Positions 27,685 through 32,000 of a stretch of DNA of 32,000 nucleotides are shown in pieces (the stretch's first letter is position 1; the number at the start of each line of letters is the position of its first letter). Source of the stretch: Methanococcus maripaludis (GTDB taxonomy: Archaea; AGJL01; Methanococci; Methanococcales; Methanococcaceae); assembly GCF_002945325.1 (NCBI RefSeq), contig NZ_CP026606.1, positions 1-32,000 on the forward strand, in the 5' to 3' direction. The notes under the pieces were generated by a model. That model saw only the letters and a list, made by a program, of their open reading frames with translations. It had not been told where the DNA came from and searched no databases. Both the position numbers and the translations under genes were made by a program.

Positions 27685-29184
27685 TTATACTGCTTCTCTG
27701 TACTGGCAGTACTGATGTCTAAAGTCCACCAAACAAGCGGTTGCACAGTCTTTACAAACTCTTGCAGGAGCTCCAGGTGTTTCTTTATGCAGTGCAATAA
27801 TGTTTGTCATCATTGTTGCAGTTACAGGTTCACTCGTTAAAAGACATGGATAGTCTGCAAGCCTCATCAGTGCTGAAAATCGAACTGTTATTGCACAAGC
27901 AGGGTATGCATATCTTTGTGGGTTCATAATAACCTCATTTTTGAAGATAGGATCAAGATCTACTTTGAAGTTACCTATTTTAGGAGTTATTGGAGCATCG
28001 CTTCCATTTTTAACTCTTCGAGCTTTATCAATTAACTTCCAACCCCTATATATCATGTCCATGAAGTCGTGGTTGTGAAGTTCTGCAGCCGCACCTCTTG
28101 TTGGATAGAGCTGTACATAGTTATGGAATCTTTTCGTAAGTAAATCTACAACTGTTGGTGCATTAAATCCATCTAATTCAAGCATGCATTCTGTTGCAGC
28201 AGCAGTTGACCCTGTTGCAAGAGATAATACTTCATATTCATTTTTGAAGTTTTTCACGTTTGATCGTAATGTATTGTCCATTACTGTTGAAACAGCTTCG
28301 ATTACTCCCATTACAACGTCATCTTTGCACATGTTAAATGTTGATTGGGCAACGTGGTGTGCAATATCCCCAACACAGTATGCAGGAATAGTTACAATGT
28401 TTCCGTAATGAACTTCTGATTCCATTGCAGCAGATACTGCCGATTCCATTTTCTTTTTGTATTCTCCCATATATTTTCTAACATCGAAGCTTTCATGGCC
28501 GAAATCGTCCATAAGTTTTGCTTGAGCGTCAATTGGTTTATCATAAATGAATTTTATCATTTCAATTTCTTCTTTAATGGCTTCATTTAATGATTTTCCT
28601 GCTTCAACTGCATTTGTAAATTTTTCCCCAAAACCATAGGATGTATTCATTCCCCATGATTTTGACGCTAAAATCGCTTGTTTGTGTGCAATTGGAATAT
28701 CTACATTTTTAAGAATCCTGTTTACGATGTTACTCGTGCTTCCAGGAATCAATGCGAAGTCTACAACACAGGTAGGCCCATAAAAACCACCATACCTTCT
28801 GAGAACTTCTTTACCTATAAGCGCTTCTGATTTTTCAATTGTTTGAATAAATTTTTCAACGCTTTTTCTAAATTCTGGGTCTTCTTTGTAAAGTATTTCA
28901 AGTATGGCTGGAGTTTGATAGTGTTCAACAAATGGGTCATCTTCAGGTCTTACAGTTTTGGTAAGTTCCGATAAAATATCGAAATGCGCATTAATCGAAT
29001 CTTTATGTAATTTAATTACCGAAGGATCCTGATTCCCAACCGCCTCCATCTTATTTGCAACATCTACGTATCCTTTAGCATGCTTTATCTTAAATTCATG
29101 CCCTCTTTTTTCTTTAATTATGTCTACATCCGCCCATTGAGCAGCCATTGCTTCATTAACCATTTTTGAGTATATTTCTTCCAT
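27685..29184 (-). CDS. Conserved 499-aa Cys-rich protein of unknown function (I recall this as DUF2193-like; unverified)
   Basis: Long uninterrupted ORF with SD GGGGGAT. C-terminal CKDCATAC...C cluster and further Cys (YPACAI, YPCLL). I recognise no catalytic motif. Confidence 0.55.
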   Translation of the reverse strand: MEEIYSKMVNEAMAAQWADVDIIKEKRGHEFKIKHAKGYVDVANKMEAVGNQDPSVIKLHKDSINAHFDILSELTKTVRPEDDPFVEHYQTPAILEILYKEDPEFRKSVEKFIQTIEKSEALIGKEVLRRYGGFYGPTCVVDFALIPGSTSNIVNRILKNVDIPIAHKQAILASKSWGMNTSYGFGEKFTNAVEAGKSLNEAIKEEIEMIKFIYDKPIDAQAKLMDDFGHESFDVRKYMGEYKKKMESAVSAAMESEVHYGNIVTIPAYCVGDIAHHVAQSTFNMCKDDVVMGVIEAVSTVMDNTLRSNVKNFKNEYEVLSLATGSTAAATECMLELDGFNAPTVVDLLTKRFHNYVQLYPTRGAAAELHNHDFMDMIYRGWKLIDKARRVKNGSDAPITPKIGNFKVDLDPIFKNEVIMNPQRYAYPACAITVRFSALMRLADYPCLLTSEPVTATMMTNIIALHKETPGAPARVCKDCATACLVDFRHQYCQYREAV

Positions 29185-29275
29185 ATCCTATCCCCCTATT
29201 GATTGGATACCTAAACGGCTCAAGCTTTAAACAGCGTCCTCTTTAATTTACAGGCAGTCTGTTTAATTATTAGCC

Positions 29276-29283
29276 ATATAAAA
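29276..29283 (-). promoter_or_regulatory. Candidate TATA box for the 27685-29184 operon
   Basis: The minus strand reads TTTTATAT ~95 nt upstream of ATG 29184. This implies a ~65-nt leader. Confidence 0.35.
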
Positions 29284-29524
29284 ATATGAACATAGTATAT
29301 TATATGGTTTTTCAAAATAAATAAAAAAATCCCTATTTTTCTTTAATTTATTAATTAAAGCTTATTTTGGGGGTAGGGTTGTGAAGTTAAAATAGCAGTA
29401 AAATATATATACTATAATGGTAGTGTAGTATTAAGACACTACAATAAACTATATTTAATATCTGTTAAATGATCAGGATTTAGATTTTGTAACCCAAATT
29501 AAATGAATTTACACGGGTGATAAT

Positions 29525-30532
29525 TTGGTAGTCTGCCAAAAAGAATTTACAAACTTATATTTTAAGCATACGTACCCCCAGTACTGGAACCGTATAATTG
29601 AGAAATATGGTTTAAAACCAGTTAATACCAACGAATTTACGGACATTTCCCCCCACAGATTTATTGGAATTTTAGGGGACTTTATTTCGAAAAATATTAC
29701 TACAGGCCCATGTCTTTTAACACATCAGGAAATTAAAAGTTTAAATTATAACACTACTCCCGAAGAAGTTTTAAAAATGCTTCTAAGGCATCCAACACTC
29801 GAAGATTATGTTTCAATTGCCGTTGAAACTAAAGGGGAATTTAAAACGAATATTATACTTGAAACTTATGAATATGCTAAATTAATTGAATATAAAACAA
29901 AAATAAGCTTTGAAGAAGCATTAACCCTTACAAAACAATCTGCAGAAAATCTTATACGATATTATGATAAAAAACTCGGCCAAAAACATATAACATATCA
30001 TTTAACTCATAAAAATTCAGAAGATATTCGTTTAAGGGAATTATCTTCAGAATTTAAAACTTACTTTTTAAATAATGCGAATTTATCAAAAAAAGCAAAA
30101 GAAATTATTCAAGAGAATCCTGAAGAAAGTACATGGCTTAGAATCAAAGCATCATTCCTTCCAGAATTTGTAAAAAAAGATGAATCAACTATAATTGAAC
30201 CTGCTTCAAGTATTGAAGGCATGATTCATGCATCAATTCTTTCAAATTCCTCAGGAATTGTTACAAGAAGCCCTCAAACTCTAAATAATAAACCTGTAAT
30301 GAATGAGGGGCTTGAAAATGAAATTATATACTTAAATAATGATATTTCAAAAGAATTGAAAAAATTAAACCTTCCAAAAACTAAAAAAACCCAGTATGGA
30401 TGTCCTGCATACAATATCTTTGCATTTTTAGATACCCGCGATATTTCAGAGGTTGAAATAAACTGCAATGATGAAAATGTTGAAAGTTGTATTTTCAATC
30501 TAAAAGAAAACTTAGAATCATTTAAGCCCTAG
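29525..30532 (+). CDS. Hypothetical protein with no recognisable domain
   Basis: 335-aa ORF. TTG start follows GGTGAT plus AAT. The first in-frame ATG is ~84 codons downstream. Lys/Glu/Asn-rich. Confidence 0.45.
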   Translation: MVVCQKEFTNLYFKHTYPQYWNRIIEKYGLKPVNTNEFTDISPHRFIGILGDFISKNITTGPCLLTHQEIKSLNYNTTPEEVLKMLLRHPTLEDYVSIAVETKGEFKTNIILETYEYAKLIEYKTKISFEEALTLTKQSAENLIRYYDKKLGQKHITYHLTHKNSEDIRLRELSSEFKTYFLNNANLSKKAKEIIQENPEESTWLRIKASFLPEFVKKDESTIIEPASSIEGMIHASILSNSSGIVTRSPQTLNNKPVMNEGLENEIIYLNNDISKELKKLNLPKTKKTQYGCPAYNIFAFLDTRDISEVEINCNDENVESCIFNLKENLESFKP

Positions 30533-30617
30533 ATTGATTTAAAGCCGATATTTAATATTTTATACTATTTTATATATTTTTAAAAACAGAGTATTATTCA
30601 GAACAGCAGGTGGTTTG

Positions 30618-31520
30618 ATGGTATATGATTTAATTATTATTGGAGGCGGTCCGGCGGGACTTACCGCAGGAATATACGCAATGAGGGCTAAATTAAGTAC
30701 ATTATGCCTTGAAAAACAAAATGAAGGCGGAAAAATTGCAGAAGCGGGGATCGTTGAAAATTATCCGGGTTTTGAATCGATAAAAGGTTTTGAACTTGCA
30801 CAGAAATTTTCAGAACATGCAAAACACTTCGAACTTCCAATAATCCACGAAGAAGTTGAGAAAATAGATACTTCATCAAAACCCTATAAAGTTATTACGA
30901 AACATGAAACCTACGAAGCAAAATCAATAGTAATTGCATCGGGAAGTAGGTACAAAAAGCCAGGATTAAATGAAGACGATTTTATGGGAAAAGGAGTCTG
31001 TTATTGTGTAATGTGTGATGCTTTCTTCTTTTTAAACAAAGAAGTAATCGTGCTTGGAAGGGGTACTTCTGCGATAATGGCAGCATATAACTTAAAAGAT
31101 ATTGCCAAAAAAATAACGATAGTTACAGACAGGTCCGAATTAAAGGCAGTCGAAAAGATAATGGAAGACAGGATGAACCTAATGAATAATCTTGAAATAG
31201 TTCTTAATGCAGAACCAATCGAGATTGTTGGAAAAGAAAAAGCAGAAGGTGTTAAAGTTTCAATAGCTGGAGAAGAAAAGATTATTTCTGCTGATGGAAT
31301 ATTTATAAGCTTTGGGTACGTTCCAAATACTGAATTTTTGGATGGAAGCAAAATAAAACTTAATAAAAGAAAATTTATTGAAACGGATGAAAACTGTAAA
31401 ACTAGCGTAGAGGGAATTTATGCTTGTGGTGACGTTACAGGCGGAATTTTGCAGGTTTCAAAGGCAGTTGGTGAAGGAGTTACTGCATTTACCGGCGCAT
31501 TAAGCAGCATTCAAAAATAG
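30618..31520 (+). CDS. trxB: Thioredoxin reductase-like flavoprotein (low-Mr TrxR family)
   Basis: FAD motif [13 protein letters not shown], redox CxxC in [14 protein letters not shown]-terminal GDVTGG. SD GGTGGT plus 3 nt precedes ATG 30618. The second dinucleotide site is divergent (GRGTSA; VTDRSELKA). Confidence 0.8.
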   Translation: MVYDLIIIGGGPAGLTAGIYAMRAKLSTLCLEKQNEGGKIAEAGIVENYPGFESIKGFELAQKFSEHAKHFELPIIHEEVEKIDTSSKPYKVITKHETYEAKSIVIASGSRYKKPGLNEDDFMGKGVCYCVMCDAFFFLNKEVIVLGRGTSAIMAAYNLKDIAKKITIVTDRSELKAVEKIMEDRMNLMNNLEIVLNAEPIEIVGKEKAEGVKVSIAGEEKIISADGIFISFGYVPNTEFLDGSKIKLNKRKFIETDENCKTSVEGIYACGDVTGGILQVSKAVGEGVTAFTGALSSIQK

Positions 31521-31536
31521 TAAAGATGTGTTAATT

Positions 31537-31884
31537 ATGAAACATTTCTTAAATTTTTTAGTAGTTATACTTTTAATCGTATCTGCAGGATGTATTTCAA
31601 CCGAAAAAACAGATTTAGATATGAATGGGCAAAACCTGATGATTGAATTTTATTCTACAACTTGTCCCGCGTGCGAAGAACTTTCACCCCATATTGATGA
31701 ACTTGAGGATGAAGGATACAATATATCCAGAATAAATGTAAATGAAAACGGTCAGATGGCTATAAATTATGGTATAAACCTTGTACCAACTGTAGTTTTC
31801 ATTAAAAATGGAGAAGAAGTTGATAGGGTAATTGGAAATCAGCCTGAAGTAATAAAATCGAAAGCAGAAGAATATTTTAAATAA
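31537..31884 (+). CDS. Exported or lipoprotein thioredoxin-like protein
   Basis: Signal peptide plus lipobox (IVSAGC), and a thioredoxin-fold active site FYSTTCPACEEL. About 115 aa. Confidence 0.75.
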   Translation: MKHFLNFLVVILLIVSAGCISTEKTDLDMNGQNLMIEFYSTTCPACEELSPHIDELEDEGYNISRINVNENGQMAINYGINLVPTVVFIKNGEEVDRVIGNQPEVIKSKAEEYFK

Positions 31885-31903
31885 TATTTAAATTTGTGAT
31901 TTT

Positions 31904-32000
31904 ATGGATCTTTTTTTAATCTTTTTGGCAGGAATCTCAACTGCGCTTGGACCTTGCATTGTAACGGTTTTACCATTTGTTTTAGCTTATACTTTTGGAA
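31904..32000 (+). CDS. ccdA: CcdA/DsbD-family thiol:disulfide transmembrane electron transporter (N-terminal fragment, runs off the right edge)
   Basis: MDLFLIFLAGISTALGPCIVTVLPFVLAYTFG. A hydrophobic N-terminus with the conserved PC...P motif of TM1. It starts 19 nt after the thioredoxin gene. Confidence 0.6.
   Translation, partial: MDLFLIFLAGISTALGPCIVTVLPFVLAYTFG

Noticed and set aside
1-32000. Searched the whole window for defence islands, prophage or IS remnants, integrases, toxin-antitoxin pairs and CRISPR arrays.
   Set aside because: No candidate ORFs or repeat arrays were found. Gene content is core metabolic or housekeeping plus a few conserved unknowns. I noticed no abrupt compositional shift by eye.

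Overview
AT-rich archaeal chromosomal window. Gene content and GGTGAT-type Shine-Dalgarno (SD) sites placed 3-4 nt before start codons point to a Methanococcus-like hydrogenotrophic methanogen. I support about 37 protein genes. I saw no rRNA, tRNA, CRISPR array, transposase or integrase. The core is a complete acetyl-CoA decarbonylase/synthase (CODH/ACS) operon: cdhA-cdhB-cdhC-cooC-cdhD-cdhE plus a CooF-like polyferredoxin (6415-14452). It is followed by a 59-codon CooT-like nickel-chaperone ORF that the ORF track does not list, and by a convergent pair of a DUF166-like gene and a second cooC. A second DUF166-like gene, fused to a ferredoxin domain, lies just upstream of cdhA. Housekeeping genes: dtdA, top6B, a SAM methyltransferase, ksgA, purB, DNA ligase, hisD, cgi121, cobA, and an FmdE-like protein. 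The best candidates for undescribed biology are: (1) the two DUF166 paralogs bracketing CODH/ACS, one translationally coupled to CooC; (2) a ModA-like lipoprotein binding protein followed by a NapH-like Cys-motif membrane protein and a COG0701/ArsP-like permease, with no ABC components; (3) an operon of a 499-aa Cys-rich unknown protein, a 71-aa zinc-ribbon protein and the aquaporin AqpM, the last two sharing an ATGA overlap; (4) a cluster of thioredoxin reductase, exported thioredoxin lipoprotein and CcdA in an organism type that lacks c-type cytochromes. All family assignments come from motif recognition by eye and memory. No searches were run.
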